A stretch of 64,000 nt of DNA, taken from Gekko japonicus (Eukaryota). The stretch covers positions 206,494 to 270,493 of the forward strand of contig NW_015161962.1 in the NCBI RefSeq assembly GCF_001447785.1, in the 5' to 3' direction. Below are positions 1-12,793 of the stretch, one piece after another. Below the pieces are notes generated by a model that worked only from the letters and a program-made list of their open reading frames with translations, was not told the DNA's origin and ran no database searches. Position 1 is the first letter of the stretch; each line of letters opens with the position of its first letter. The translations under genes were made by a program, and so were the position numbers.

Positions 1-335
1 AATGTGTGTCAGCGCAAACTGCAAGTTATGAACTTTACTGGATCATACATCTATTGAAGGACTTCGGCATAGATGAACCAAAGCCAATAATTCTTTTTGA
101 GGACAATCAAGCCTGTATTGCTATCTGCAAAGGAGAAGGAACCAAGTCTAGAAACAAGACCATCGCACTCAAGTGTCACTACGTGAAAGAGCTGCAAGAC
201 CAAAAACTGATTGAACTGAGATACTGTCCTACTGACCAGATGATTGCTGACATCCTGACCAAGCCGCTTGACAAGCAACGTTTTGAGAATCTTCGTGAAT
301 GTTTATATTTGTCTGACTTTCGTGTTTTAACATGA
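1..335 (+). mobile_element. Ty1/copia LTR retrotransposon pol, C-terminal RNase H domain (5'-truncated by window)
   Basis: Open frame with copia RNase H motifs 'PIILFEDNQACI', 'CHYVKE', 'YCPTDQMIADILTKPL'; stop 333-335 overlapping polypurine tract GAGAAGGGG (334-342). Confidence 0.92.
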
Positions 336-342
336 GAAGGGG

Positions 343-781
343 TGTTGGGTATTTGCATGTTGAAAACACTCAATGTGTATGCATGGGGTTAAATGTCTGT
401 TCTGTTGTTACAGGAAATCACCTGTCTTTGTGTTAGCCAATGTTAGCTCAAGTCTGTTAGCCCGCGAAAGCATCCCTGTTCTAAGAGTTTGATTGGGAGC
501 GAAGTGTTAATAACTTTGCATTTTATGAGCCCTCTTCCCGTCTTTGTTCGCCTTGGAGTGGAAGCACGTTGGAGGGCCATCTTTTTCCAGTTCTTCTAGT
601 CTAGAGAGGATGTAGCTAATTTAGCTCTCTGTTATTTTCTCCCAAGTTTACCCTTCCCTATGGTAGAATTGTAGTAAACTTTTATATTTTTAAACACACA
701 TGGACTCTGGGTCTGATTATTGAACTCTGGCATTGCTAAGCTGTTTTTTAACTCTGCTGAATTTCTTTAAAAACTATAACA
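343..781 (+). mobile_element. 3' LTR of the copia element
   Basis: Starts TGTTG directly after the PPT, ends TAACA; AGTAAA at ~673; followed by a CR1 3'-tail fragment starting ATGGG (probable 5-bp TSD). Confidence 0.8.
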
Positions 782-830
782 ATGGGCCACTGGCCTGATC
801 CAACATTGGCTTCTCTTCTGTTCTTATGTT
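782..830 (+). mobile_element. CR1 LINE 3'-tail remnant (target of copia insertion)
   Basis: atgggccactggcctgatccaacattggcttctctt..ttcttatgtt matches CR1 tails at 10158-10205, 15260-15310 and 63475-63520. Confidence 0.7.
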
Positions 831-1254
831 AACCGGCTGTCTTGTCCCACAGCTGGGAAATGCTCACCCATTCCATGCGGGCGGACGCCATCTTGATGCC
901 CGTTTGGAACACATGAGAACACTGCCGTTCCCCTCCCTCTTCATTCTACGCAGCCAACTCCCCCAACCCTGGACCCCGCTGCTTCCCATGTCAGCAAAGC
1001 AGAAGACCCGGGTACAGGCGCCGGATCCCTCCGCGTGACTGGCACCAGGGCAGAAGCAGCAAGGGCCGGGTCTCCCTTCCCCACGGGGGGCTCTGAAGCT
1101 ACTGCCCACAAGAGGAGAGAGGCTTTGCAAGAGCAGAGCCGTGGGAAGGAGCCCGGAGTCCCTGTGTCACCCACCTTGGCACGGGCTAAGGACGGGGTAA
1201 AGACGGCGATTCTGCAGCCACGCAATCAAGAGACGCCTGCTCCTGGGGAGGAAA

Positions 1255-1763
1255 GCGATGGCAAACCTAGACAGCATAATAAACAGTAAGAGACATCCCC
1301 CTGCCAACAAAAGTCCGCATGGTCAAAGCCATGGTATTCCCAGTAGTCATGTATGGCTGCGAGAGTTGGACTGTAAGGAAGGCTTGTGCCCAAGAATAGA
1401 TGCTTTTGTATTCTGGTGCTGGAGAAGACTCTTGGGAGTCCCTTGGACTGCCAGGAGATCGAATCAGTCAATCCTAAAAGAAATCAGCCCTGAGTGTTCC
1501 CTGGAAGGCCAGAGACCGAAGCTGCAGCTCAAATACTTTGGCCACCCGATGAGAAGGGAGCCCTCACTGGAGAAGAAGACCCTGATGCTGGGGGAAAGAT
1601 TGACGGTCAAAGAAGAAGAAGGGGACGGCAAAGGATGAGATGGGTAGACAGTGTCATCGATGCAACGAACATGAAGTTGAGCAAACTCCAGAGGCCTGGC
1701 GTGATGTGGTCCATCATGGGGTCGCAAAGAGTCGGACTCGAGTGTGCGACTGAGCAACAACAA
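1255..1763 (+). mobile_element. BovB (RTE) LINE 3' fragment
   Basis: Degenerate RTE ORF end ('IDAF..WCWRRLLGVPWTARRSNQSILKEISPECSLEG..LKYFGH'), tail 'gggtcgcaaagagtcggactcg..caacaacaa'. Confidence 0.88.
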
Positions 1764-4700
1764 GGAGGAGGGCAGGCAGGCAGGCTGGGGAAAGGCAGGC
1801 TTGGTGGCTTTAGGACCGGGGCTGGGATGAGTGTGAGCGTGTTCATTCTCGGCTGGCTTTTTCTCCCCGGCCTGGCCCGGGGTCTCTTGGCTCGGGAGCT
1901 GCTGAGCACTGCCTGCCTCCCACTCCCGGCCCGGGCCCAGCTGCAGTCGAGCCGGGGTAGCGGCAACGAGCACAACTGAGAGGGAGCCTCTGCTGATTCA
2001 CGTTTTCCTGGAAGGCCACCCAGCCACTTCCAGCCTGCAATGAGCTCTCTGCTCCAGAAAGGGGAGCGAAGCCCGGCCGACGCCTGGTCACAGGAGAGGC
2101 CAGCCGCCGGGAGAAAAGCCAGGACCTCGGGCTCTCCGTGGGAAGGGCTGGGCCACACGGCACCACCTGGCTGGCCTGCAGCACAGCCCTTCCCACGGAG
2201 ACGAGGTTTGCCCCCGCAGGAACCACCGTTCCCACGCCCAGCGGCAGAACAGGTCAGGGTTGTCCTCTGGTGTGTTGGGCCTTCTGGATCGGACTCGAGC
2301 CGGCTCCAACACACGTCTCTGTGTGTGTGTGTAGGTGGGGTCCCCCCCCCCCCCCCCCCCCCGGGTCAAGCTGGTAGCACCACTGGGGACACGTCTGTAT
2401 GTGACACGTTCTTGTGGAACGGCTAGATTCTCGTCCAGAAGCTACTTTGAGGGGAGCTCAGCTGGTACCTCCTGGGCCTTCAAGACATTTCACACTCACA
2501 GTGACCCCGTGAACTCATCTCCTCCAAGACCTCCTTTCCTTAGGGGTCTTCTTGCCGACGGACGGAGACCCCTCTTGCTGCCTTCCTCTTCCCCCAGCAA
2601 TGTTGTCTTTTCCATCGTAAGCCACCTCGAGCCAAGAGGAAAGGTGGGATGGAAACCTTTTGAGTCACTAGATGGATCCAGAGACGCCAGAGCCGTGGAG
2701 CCGGCTGCCCCAGCCCCCGAAGGGAGTGGGCACCAGAGTGAGGGGGCAGCGGGGCTGTGGGTGGCTGGGCCCCCGAGCGTGGGGGCCAGGGGGAGCTGCC
2801 CAGGTTGGCCAGGTTGCCCAGCAGCTGAGACCCACAGGCCTGTGTCAAATCTCAACATTGGATGGACCAGAAAGGACATGAACCCCCCCCCAAGTTTCCT
2901 CACCGGAAGCCCCCCCCCCCGGNNNNNNNNNNNNNNNNNNNNNNNNNNNNNNNNNNNNNNNNNNNNNNNNNNNNNNNNNNNNNNNNNNNNNNNNNNNNNN
3001 NNNNNNNNNNNNNNNNNNNNNNNNNNNNNNNNNNNNNNNNNNNNNNNNNNNNNNNNNNNNNNNNNNNNNNNNNNNNNNNNNNNNNNNNNNNNNNNNNNNN
3101 NNNNNNNNNNNNNNNNNNNNNNNNNNNNNNNNNNNNNNNNNNNNNNNNNNNNNNNNNNNNNNNNNNNNNNNNNNNNNNNNNNNNNNNNNNNNNNNNNNNN
3201 NNNNNNNNNNNNNNNNNNNNNNNNNNNNNNNNNNNNNNNNNNNNNNNNNNNNNNNNNNNNNNNNNNNNNNNNNNNNNNNNNNNNNNNNNNNNNNNNNNNN
3301 NNNNNNNNNNNNNNNNNNNNNNNNNNNNNNNNNNNNNNNNNNNNNNNNNNNNNNNNNNNNNNNNNNNNNNNNNNNNNNNNNNNNNNNNNNNNNNNNNNNN
3401 NNNNNNNNNNNNNNNNNNNNNNNNNNNNNNNNNNNNNNNNNNNNNNNNNNNNNNNNNNNNNNNNNNNNNNNNNNNNNNNNNNNNNNNNNNNNNNNNNNNN
3501 NNNNNNNNNNNNNNNNNNNNNNNNNNNNNNNNNNNNNNNNNNNNNNNNNNNNNNNNNNNNNNNNNNNNNNNNNNNNNNNNNNNNNNNNNNNNNNNNNNNN
3601 NNNNNNNNNNNNNNNNNNNNNNNNNNNNNNNNNNNNNNNNNNNNNNNNNNNNNNNNNNNNNNNNNNNNNNNNNNNNNNNNNNNNNNNNNNNNNNNNNNNN
3701 NNNNNNNNNNNNNNNNNNNNNNNNNNNNNNNNNNNNNNNNNNNNNNNNNNNNNNNNNNNNNNNNNNNNNNNNNNNNNNNNNNNNNNNNNNNNNNNNNNNN
3801 NNNNNNNNNNNNNNNNNNNNNNNNNNNNNNNNNNNNNNNNNNNNNNNNNNNNNNNNNNNNNNNNNNNNNNNTGGGGGGGGGGGGATCCTCCTCCGCCAGA
3901 CCGGTGTGTGTGTGTGTGTGTCCCAACCAGACCATCTGCGCACAACCGCCAGAGAGATGTGCGTTTGGGTCTCCCTCCTCGGGCCTCGTCACCAAGGCAG
4001 GCCTGGGTTGCCCATTGCCCCCTAGGCGTGCCGCCGAAATCTTTGTGGCCAGGTGTGCCCTGCACAAGCCAGTGCCCAGTGGCATCCCCGGCGGGTGGCG
4101 TTCTGTGCCCAGGGGACCCACAGGCACAAAGACCCCCAAGGCCGCCCCAGCCCTAAGCAAAGCACCGAGGGGCCTGGGGCAGCAGCAGGGGGAAAGCCCC
4201 CCGGGGGGACGGGACAGATTTCAACATTTCCCCCCCAAAACCCCCCCCCCCCCCCCCCGCCCTGGGCCACTTTGACCTTCACCGCCCTTTCAGCAGGGCA
4301 TAATGAGTCCCCAGAAGAACCCAGGGGAAGAGGAGAGGGTGGGAATGGACTCCTCCTCCTCCTCCCTTTGCCAACAAGAGGGACCCCTCCCTTCCAGAGA
4401 CATAAAAAGTTTAACGACAGGCCATTCGTATCACCTGCACTGTAAACGGGCGGTTTAATGGCCTCCCCCTCCAAATCCAGGCCAGATGCACCGGTGGGCC
4501 CCCCTCCACCCCATGCTCTCCTCCTCGGTTCCCTCCAGTCTGATCTGAACAGGCATTCGCCTCCCCCCCCCCCCCCCCCCCCCCCCCTGCCCCCCCAACC
4601 ACCCCAAACCCCCCACCCCCCCCCCCCCCCAGCCCCAGCCTTTGTCTGTCGGTCTCTGCTGCTTGGAAGACAAGGTGGTTTTACGTTACAGAAGAGGCTC

Positions 4701-5069
4701 TGCCCCCCCCACCCCCCAACTTTGCTTCCTGTCTGGAGGAAAGGCCTTTTTGGAGACTACGGCAAAGAGGGCCCCCCCCCCAGTCCCCCCTCCTTGCCTC
4801 TTCAGCCCCAGGCAGACACGGGGAAAGGGGGGGAAAGGGGCCCCGCTGGAGACACTGAGGGATGCCAAGGAGGGAGGGGAGGAAAGGAGGGAGTCGGAGA
4901 GGGGCAGGAGGACAAGGGAAAGATTGGGGGGGGGCAGATCCGCATGAGGGACCTGGCGCCCCCCCCCCCAGCTTCCCTGCCCAGCCACAGGAGCCTCTGC
5001 CAAGGCCAAAGGGAACCGCTTCCCAGGGGTGCCACTGCTTGGAGGGTGGCTGTTAACGGGCAGCAGAAA

Positions 5070-5346
5070 GGAGGAGGAGGAAATCGGATGTATACCCCAC
5101 GGCCCTTCACTACCCAAAGGTCTCTCACAGCGGCTCACAGACTCCTTCCCCCTCCCCACAACAGACAGACACCCTGGGAGGCAGGTGGAGCTGAGAGAGC
5201 TCTGACAGAACTACTGTTGAGAGAACAGCTCTTGCCAGAACTAGGGCTTGCCCAAGGTCATCCAGCCAGGTGCAAGTGGAGGAGGAGTGGGGAATCAAAC
5301 CCGGCTCTCCCAGATTAGAGCCCGCGCACTTTAACCGCTACACCAA
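5070..5346 (-). mobile_element. Squam3-type (MIR/Ther1-derived) tRNA SINE
   Basis: Reverse-strand A/B boxes (tggtgtagcgg, ggtttgattcc) and (ctt/cct)n tail; about 18 copies of this family in the window. Confidence 0.8.
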
Positions 5347-5881
5347 GAGACTCAAGTTCAACCGCAAGGCATACTTCGCCTGCCCCCCCGCCCATTCCCC
5401 CCCTTCTGCCTAATTCAGGTTGCCTCCTTTGACCACAGGTGTGTCCCCCCCCCCCAGAGCAGAGCTGCCCTGGCCTGGGAGGGCCCCCCTGAGATGCAGG
5501 CAGGCGGATCCAAATCAGAACCCACCAGGCTAGGAAGCCTCATCGGAGCTCCTTTGGAAAGCCCTCTGGGGTGGGTCGGTCTCTCCCATCTGGCCCAGCC
5601 CCTCTGCCAGCGCCTCTCGGTCTCCTCCACCTTCCAGCCCATCCAACAGGGGCCAAGAAGGCCCCCTTCTCCATGGGACACCCNNNNNNNNNNNNNNNNN
5701 NNNNNNNNNNNCGCCTCTCCTGAAGAAAAACTGAAACTGAGTCCAGGGGCAGCACCTTGGAGACCAAGACCAACGAGGGTTTCAGGGCACAGACTCCCAA
5801 GAGTCCCCTTTGTCAGACGCCAGGAGCAACGGAGATCGGAACCTTTTCATCCCAGTCAGGAGGTGGGAAGGAGGCCATAGA

Positions 5882-6321
5882 GTAGGGGTGTCGGCCTCAT
5901 TTGTTATGAGGGCCGGATCAGACATAAATGAGGCCTTGTTGGGCCCCTGGGCCATGTTGAGTCATAAAAAGTAAGGCCAGGTAGCGGCGATATAAACTTT
6001 ATAAAGGACACAAACACAAAGGTGGGTTTTTTACTTAAAATAAAAACATGCTTAAGACATGAGCACTCTTGCAATATTTTGTTTATTGAACAGTGTCTGA
6101 TAACTGACACCTCTTGCTCTGAATTACTGCATCAAAATGTCTGTGCCATTGCAACCTTGAGTAGGCTGTTCAGGTGTGTCTCTATTAGCTGCAAACCTAC
6201 GATGGCGCAGCAGGAGCAGAACTGGAAGCAGCAGCAGAAGACAGCCAGTTCCGCTGCGGGCCGAATAGAAGCCCTGGGGGGGCCCTGATCCGGCCCCCGG
6301 GCCGCATGTTTGACACCCCTG
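5882..6321. mobile_element. hAT/Charlie-like MITE
   Basis: Ends (t)aggggtgtc ... tttgacacccctg form inverted termini; subterminal 'gggccggatcag' / 'ctgatccggccc'. Confidence 0.7.
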
Positions 6322-7887
6322 CCGTGAAGGGTGCGTTGCCCCCTTGGCTCTGATCGGTACCCACCCAGCCTCCATACCCTTCACAATCACACCCTTCACA
6401 ACCTTCCACCTGGGATAGAGGAAGACTCTGGGATCCCAACTCCTACTTGCGCGGCCTGAGGAAGGGAGTTGGGACCCTCAAAAGCCTTGGGCCGCTGGGA
6501 ATCTGGCCAGTCTCTCGCAGGTGCGTGTCCCGAACTCGGACCCAGCTGCTCCCCGGCAGACCAGCACCTGAGGACTGCCGCCTTCTGGAAGGCTCCCAGA
6601 GAGGCCCTGAGCGCCTTCCTCGCCAGCTTCTCTGGGCCAGGGCGCCGGCCAGCCTCCCTGTGCTTGTCCTGACTCCAGGCGGGGCCAGACCCTCCTCGGT
6701 CCCTTGCCGGCTCCCCCTCACCTGGCCTGACTCTGCAGCTGCCAGGCGGGCCCCTCTCCTGGCTCGAAGGAAGGAAGGAAGGCCTCCTCCTCCTCGTCCA
6801 CAGCCTCTGCCCGGCTCTCGCCCTCACCGGGTTCCCCGTCCGGCCACTCCAAATCTTGCCCGGAGGCAGAGTGATTCCATAAATACCTCCCTCCATAAAT
6901 AATCAACCCCAGGACGACTTCAAAGCCCTGGGAACAGCTTCGCTGGGAGACGGCAGCTGGGATTAATTTCTGCCCTCCCGATGATTTCCCCCCCCCCCCC
7001 TTATCTCTCTCTCCACCAGGAGAGCGCCTCCACTCCACTCCACCCCGCGCACCCCCCCAACCCCCCCTCCAGCCGCTTTAATGACAGGGCCTTCGGTGGC
7101 TGTCCGGCCAGCGGAGGGGAGCCTCCCGGGTGGGTGGTCCGGGGGTCCCTTCCAGTCCCCAGGGAAAGGCAACCCCCACCCCGTAGAGGCACCGCTCCGC
7201 ACCCTCCGCTCCCAAGGTCTCAGGTGTGAGGCTGCAGAGACCCCAGTTGCATCCTTGCCCCCCCCAAAAAAGAGGGGCCACTGGCATGTGAGTCCCCCGC
7301 GGCCCCCAGCAGGCCTGCCCCTGCCTGCCTGCCTCCCTCCAGCAACCTGAGGGCCTTAGGTGGGGGTGGCAGAGGGGGGAGACAACAAAGCCGGCCAGTC
7401 TGACAGCAACTTCCGCCCTCCTGGGCTTGATTAGCGGCAGCGGTGGCCGCGGCCCCAGCGCTTTCCTCCCCGGATTTTGGGGGGGGGCACACGCCTGTGC
7501 TGAAATGGGTGACCCTAGTCCCCGTGCCTCATCTGCCCCTCGCCAAGGAGGTCCAGGGGGCCCAGAGACACCAAGGGTGGGAAAGGGAGGCCCACAGTTG
7601 CCTGGGCCTCCCTTGCCCCCCCCCATTCCAGCCCCTGCCTCAGGTGGCCACCGGGGACACAGCGGGCCGCACTCCCCCGGGCCGGCAGACCCCCCCTTCC
7701 CTTCCCCGCATGGATCCAGAAACATGGTCACCAAAGAGACCTGGGCCTCTTAGGGAACCGTCTCCGGGCAAAAAAAAAAATCAGAAGAGTTTTCAGGTAA
7801 ACATGAAGAAGAACTTCCTGACAGTTAGAGCGGCTCCTCAGTGGAACAGGCTTCCCTGGGAGGTGGTGGGCTCTCCTTCTTTGGAGG

Positions 7888-8812
7888 TGTTATGTATGGG
7901 GGACTGGAACATTCCAGGACTGTTTTTACCAGAGACTGGATGAGCTTGGAGCCCTAGAACAATAGCCCACCGGGACTCTGGAGGTGGCCAATGAGGAATT
8001 AACGGTTCTGACAATGGCCCATTGCTGGTAGTTGTTTGGGGAGTGGGTGGTGTTTGCATGCTATTTAAACAGGGCCGTTGGCCTGGGTCTTTGCATTTGT
8101 TCTGGCTGAATCACTAATAAAGCAGGGCTGAATCACTAAGCTTGGAGTTGGACCATCCATATCATAGAATTATAGAATGTTAGAGTTGGAAGGGAGCTTG
8201 CAAGTCATCTAGTCCAACCCCCTGCACTCTGCAGGAGCACAGCCAAAAGATATCCCTACAACATCCCCGATAGATGGTCGTCTAGCCTTCGCTTGAAAAC
8301 GTCCAGTGAAGGAGCATCCACCCCCTCCCGAGGCAGTCTGTTCCACTGCTCAACCACTCTCACAGTCAGGAAGTTTCTCCTGATATTTAGCCAGTATCGA
8401 CTCCCTTGTAATTTCCACCCATTAGATCTAGTCTTGCAATCCGGAGCAAGAGAGAATAGATCCGCTCCATCTTCTACATGACAGCCCTTCAAATACTTGA
8501 AGACTGCCATCATGTCCCCGCTAAGCCTTCTCTTTCCCAGGCTAAACAGACCCACCTCTCTCAGCCTTTCCTCATAAGGCTTGGTTTCCAACCCTCTCAC
8601 CACCCTGGTTGCCCTCTTCTGGACACGCTCGAGCTTGTCAACATCCTTCCTAAAATGTTGTGAGGCCTGACCATAGCAGAATAGAGCGGAACGACCACCT
8701 CCCTTGATCCGGACACAAGGCTTCTGTGAATGCATCCTAAGACTGCATTAGCTTTCTTCACAGCCACATCGCACTGCAGGCTCATGTTTAGCTTGGAACT
8801 CAGTATTTAACG
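7888..8812 (+). mobile_element. Solo LTR, itself interrupted by a minus-strand CR1
   Basis: TGTTA...TAACG termini, 5-bp TSD GGAGG (7883-7887 / 8813-8817), internal CCAAT, TATTTAAA and AATAAA. Confidence 0.7.
8162..8795 (-). mobile_element. CR1 LINE 3' fragment
   Basis: ORF2 C-terminus 'KDVDKLERVQKRATRVVRGLE..YEERLRE.GLFSL.KRRL.GD...FKYLKG'; attctatg tail. Confidence 0.9.
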
Positions 8813-9814
8813 GGAGGTTTTCAAACAGAGGCTAGATGGCCCCATCTGACAGCCGTGTTGATCCTGTGAACTTAGGCAGATCACGAGAGGGAGGGCAGGA
8901 AGGGTTGCCTCAGGGCTTAGTTCTTGTGGCCCTTTTTTTACACGCCCAGAGAAATGCTGATTGCCACTTTGGGGTCAGGAAGCAATCCGGGAGGGTTTTT
9001 TTGTCCTCTTCTAGGTGTGGAACAACGGTCACTGGGTGTGTGTGTGGGGGGGAGGTATTTGTGGATTTCCTGCAGAGTGCAGGGGGTTTGACTAGATGAC
9101 CTTGAAGGCCCCTTCCAACTCTATGATTCTATGAACTTCTGCTGTCCAACCCCAGACCTGGGATTGCTGCACAACGTAGACACAGAGCGAACCTTGGGGG
9201 CCCCAGCAAGGAACTGGGGGGGGGGTAGGTTACTCACTTGATCTCCCCCCAGTTTCCTAGAATCAAGCAGCAGTCTCACAACACAAGGGAGCAAGTGACC
9301 CTCCGGGTGGGGACTGGTAATTTGTTCCTAAGTGGTCTGGAATTGGGGGGGGGGCGACACCCACTTGTTCAGGAGGGTGAATACCTGGCGGATGGAATTG
9401 GGTGTGTGTGTGTGTGTGAAACCAGGCGGATGGTGAAGAGCCACAGGAGGGTCTCTCTCAAGGAGGTGAGCAGGCGACAACGTGACTGAATCCGTTCAAG
9501 TGACGAAAGTGAAGGCGATGCGCACGGGAACAACCCCTTCCTTCCCCCCATTTAAAATGTATGCTGCCAAGGTGGGAAACAGGTCTTGGGGTAGTGGGGG
9601 AGGGCGGAGTGACGACGTCCTCTCCAAGCAGGGGTGAAAAGGCAAATTCTGGGCTTGGAACGATTAGGATACCGATTAAACACAAAACAGCCAGCTCTGT
9701 CAACACAGCACACCGCTTAGGAGGTGCAGCCAGTAAGGACTTCAGGCAGGCCACCCAACAAGGTGGTGCACCAGTCTAGGAGGCCCACTTGGGAGAAGGG
9801 GTTGCCAGGAAAAC

Positions 9815-10205
9815 AAACATGAAATGGCTGAGCCGTCGGGTTAGAACGGATAAAAGGAAGTACTTCTTCGCCCAAAGAGTGATGAACATGTGGAACTCAC
9901 TGCCACAGGAGGGGGGGCGGCTACAAGCGTGGACGGCTTCAAGAGGGAACTGGACAAACATCTGGAGCAGAGGTCCATCAGTGGCTATGAGCCACAAGGG
10001 ATAGGTAGGAATTCTCGGTCTGGGGCAAGGGATGCTCTGTATTCTTGGTGCTTGGGGGGGGCAACAGTGGGAGGGGCTTCTGGAGTCCTGGCCCCACTGC
10101 TTGCTGGACCTCCTGAGGGCACCTGGTGTTTCTGGCCACTGTGTGACACAGACTGGATGGGCCACTGGCCTGAACCAGCATGGGCTTCTCTCTTATGTTC
10201 TTCTG
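9815..10205 (+). mobile_element. CR1 LINE 3' fragment
   Basis: 'RTDKRKYFFAQRVMNMWNSLPQE' followed by 3'UTR ending tcttatgttctt. Confidence 0.85.
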
Positions 10206-10781
10206 GNNNNNNNNNNNCATGATAACAGGCTTATTGTGGTTTCTTCGCTTCATGAATATCCTGCCGCTTTCCAGACGCAAAGTGCCTCACACTGTTCTCC
10301 CCCCTCCTCCGTTTTATCCTCCCAACAGCCCTGTGAGGTTGGCGAGGCTGAGTGTCTTTGAGTGGCCCAAAGTCTCCCAGAGACCTTCCAGGGCTGAGAA
10401 GAGAGTTGAACCTGGAGGACCCCCCGTCTGATGCCCCAGAAAGGTCGCGGGGGGATGGGGGTGTGTGGAGAAAGTGGCCACGGAGCCCCCGCCTCTCTCT
10501 TGCCAGTGCAGGACTTGGCCACCACTACACTCCTCCCCCCGCCCCCCAATTCCAAATCCTGCACGGACAAACGTCCCCCTGCTGAGGTTTACTGTGGTGA
10601 ATGCTGTCGTGACTCCTGTACTGCAGGGACAGAGACGGAGAAGTCCACTGACGGCTTTCAGCCACGAGCTCTAAGTGGCATCTCCGTGCTCAGAGACAGC
10701 CCCTCGGGTGGCTTTGGGACTCATCCCCCTCCTTATCCGCCTTCGGGGGGGGGCATCTGACTAGCCGTTGTGGGCAGCAAG

Positions 10782-10793
10782 TTGTTGTTGTTG

Positions 10794-10840
<47 letters not shown>
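10782..10840. repeat. (GTT)n-(GAT)n microsatellite at SINE tail
   Basis: Directly visible. Confidence 0.9.
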
Positions 10841-10842
<2 letters not shown>

Positions 10843-11095
10843 GAGATTGGATCTATACCCCATGGCCCTTCACTACCCAAAGGAGTCTCAGAGCGGCTTA
10901 CAAACTCCTTTTCCCTTCCCCTCCCCACAACAGACACCCTGGGAGGTGGGTGGGCCTGAGAGAGCTCTGACAGAAACGGCTCTTTTTCAAGGACAGCTCT
11001 TATCAGAACTACGGCTTGCCCAAGGCCATCCAGCCAGGTGCTAGTGGAGGAGAGGAGAATCCAACCCAGTTCTCCCATGACACCAAACTGGCTCT
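10840..11095 (-). mobile_element. Squam3-type SINE
   Basis: Same family sequence as 5070-5346. Confidence 0.8.
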
Positions 11096-11417
11096 CAGGT
11101 GGACCCAGCTAATCCAGCACGGCTGCTCCTGCTCTCCCCCAATGGCTGCTGCACACAGACTGGGGGGGGGCTGAGTGGGGCATTGCCCCCCTCCTTAACA
11201 AGCTCTCAGCATGCACAGGCAAACGCTCGACTGCACAGCAGGCCTTTTGGGGTGGGGTGGGGGGACAATATTTTTCTGAATTATTAGGAGACCCTCCAAG
11301 ACATCCAGTGTGACATTGTGGTTAGAGTGTCAGCCTGGGATTTGGGAGACCAGGTTCGAATCCCCGCTCTGCCCTGGCTGCTGGCTGGGCCATTCACTCA
11401 CTCACTCACGCACACAC

Positions 11418-11697
11418 CCAGTTTGGTGTCGTGGTTAAGTCCGTGGACTCTAATCTGGGAGAACTGGGGTTTGATTCCCCACTCCACCACTGGAAGCTGC
11501 TGGATGACCACAGGTCACTCACAAGTTCTCTTAGAGCTGTTCTCTCAAGGGCAGTTCTCTCAGAGCTCACTCGGCCCCGCCTACCTCACAGGGTGTCTGT
11601 TGTGGGGAGGGGGACGGGAAAGGCGTTTGTGAGCCCCTCTGAGACTCCTAGTGAAGGGCGGGGGGGGGGTATGAATCCAATCTCTTCTTCTTCTTCT
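11418..11697 (+). mobile_element. Squam3-type SINE
   Basis: ccagtttggtgtcgtggttaag...ggtttgattcccc...tccaatctcttcttcttctt. Confidence 0.8.
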
Positions 11698-11917
11698 AAT
11701 CTACCCCCTGTTGTGAGGATAGGGTGGAGGAGGGGAGAGCAGCCCTGCAAGCCGAAGGGGAAGGCTGGGCAGGAGGAAGCAAAGACAAACAGAACGAAGT
11801 ACTCCCGAAGCAGCCCAGACCTGGCCTCTGAGGTGCCGGGTCTCATTCCCAGGGAGCATTCAGCCGTGCACTAAGCTGGGGTGTGCAAAGAAGAGCAGGG
11901 GTGGGAACTGGAGGATA

Positions 11918-11919
<2 letters not shown>

Positions 11920-11956
<37 letters not shown>
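11920..11956. repeat. (CA)n microsatellite
   Basis: Directly visible. Confidence 0.95.
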
Positions 11957-11960
<4 letters not shown>

Positions 11961-12793
11961 GCCCCCAGCTCCTGGGAGGGTCCGCAGGCCAGGTTTCTCG
12001 CCCGCCCGCCCGCCCGCCCACTCCCCTTGTCTGAGGCAGCTGCTTCTGCCTTGGGTCTCCTCTCCCTCCCTCCTCAGGTCCACCCCCACCCCGCCCCCAG
12101 CACAGAGAAATTTCGAGAGAGCCATTGTTCTCTGCACACCTGGGGGGAGCTGGGCTCTGAGCCCGGGCAGTGACCGCCCCCTGGCCTGTGGGTGGGTTGC
12201 CCCCCCCCGCCCGGCTCTGGCACCGGCCCCTCCCTCATTAGCTGCCGCAAAATAATAATTTTATTCTTAATGGAGTTTCTGCCGGCAACCCACAATAAAG
12301 CTCCCGTTGAAAGGGAAAGATCCTAAACCCACCAGGTGGCAAATGCCAGTGGATCCAGAGCGTCTCCTTTCAATTGTTGTGGGGTTTTATGGCTGTTACA
12401 TCATTCCTCTTTACAGAAATGGAACTTTTAAAAGTTGAGTCGGCAAGGTGGACGGCCCGCTCTACGTCTGAAGGAGCAGGGTGGCCAATTAATTAAAAAA
12501 CCAAAACCCTCGACGTTTATCAAGGACCTTTCTGATAGGCACCAGCACAGGGAGGAATCCTTCCCCTTCGCTCTTCCAGCCGTTTGGCAGGGCCGAGACT
12601 TCATCCACCAGGGGCAGAAATTGGCCTGTGGTGGGGAGGGGGAACTGCAGCAGGGAGGCAGAGCCAGGGACTTGCGTGAGTCTACAGGGGTACCTGGGGC
12701 TGAGGCAAGCTCCCCGGGGGGCCCCATCACCCCTGGGGGCCACCCACCTGCCCCTTAAGATTTTGACGCAAACCAGACAGGGTTTTGTTTTGG

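Larger units (their letters stand above)
7780..9135 (+). mobile_element. CR1 3' end (7780-7887 + 8813-9135) interrupted by a solo LTR
   Basis: 'KNFLTVRAAPQWNRLPWEVVGSPSLEV' resumes as 'ggaggttttcaaacagaggctagatgg' at 8813; tail ctatgattctatga. Confidence 0.8.

Noticed and set aside
2335-4275. Very long ORFs (also 42790-44398, 56795-58497)
   Set aside because: Artefacts of translating through N gaps and GC-rich sequence.
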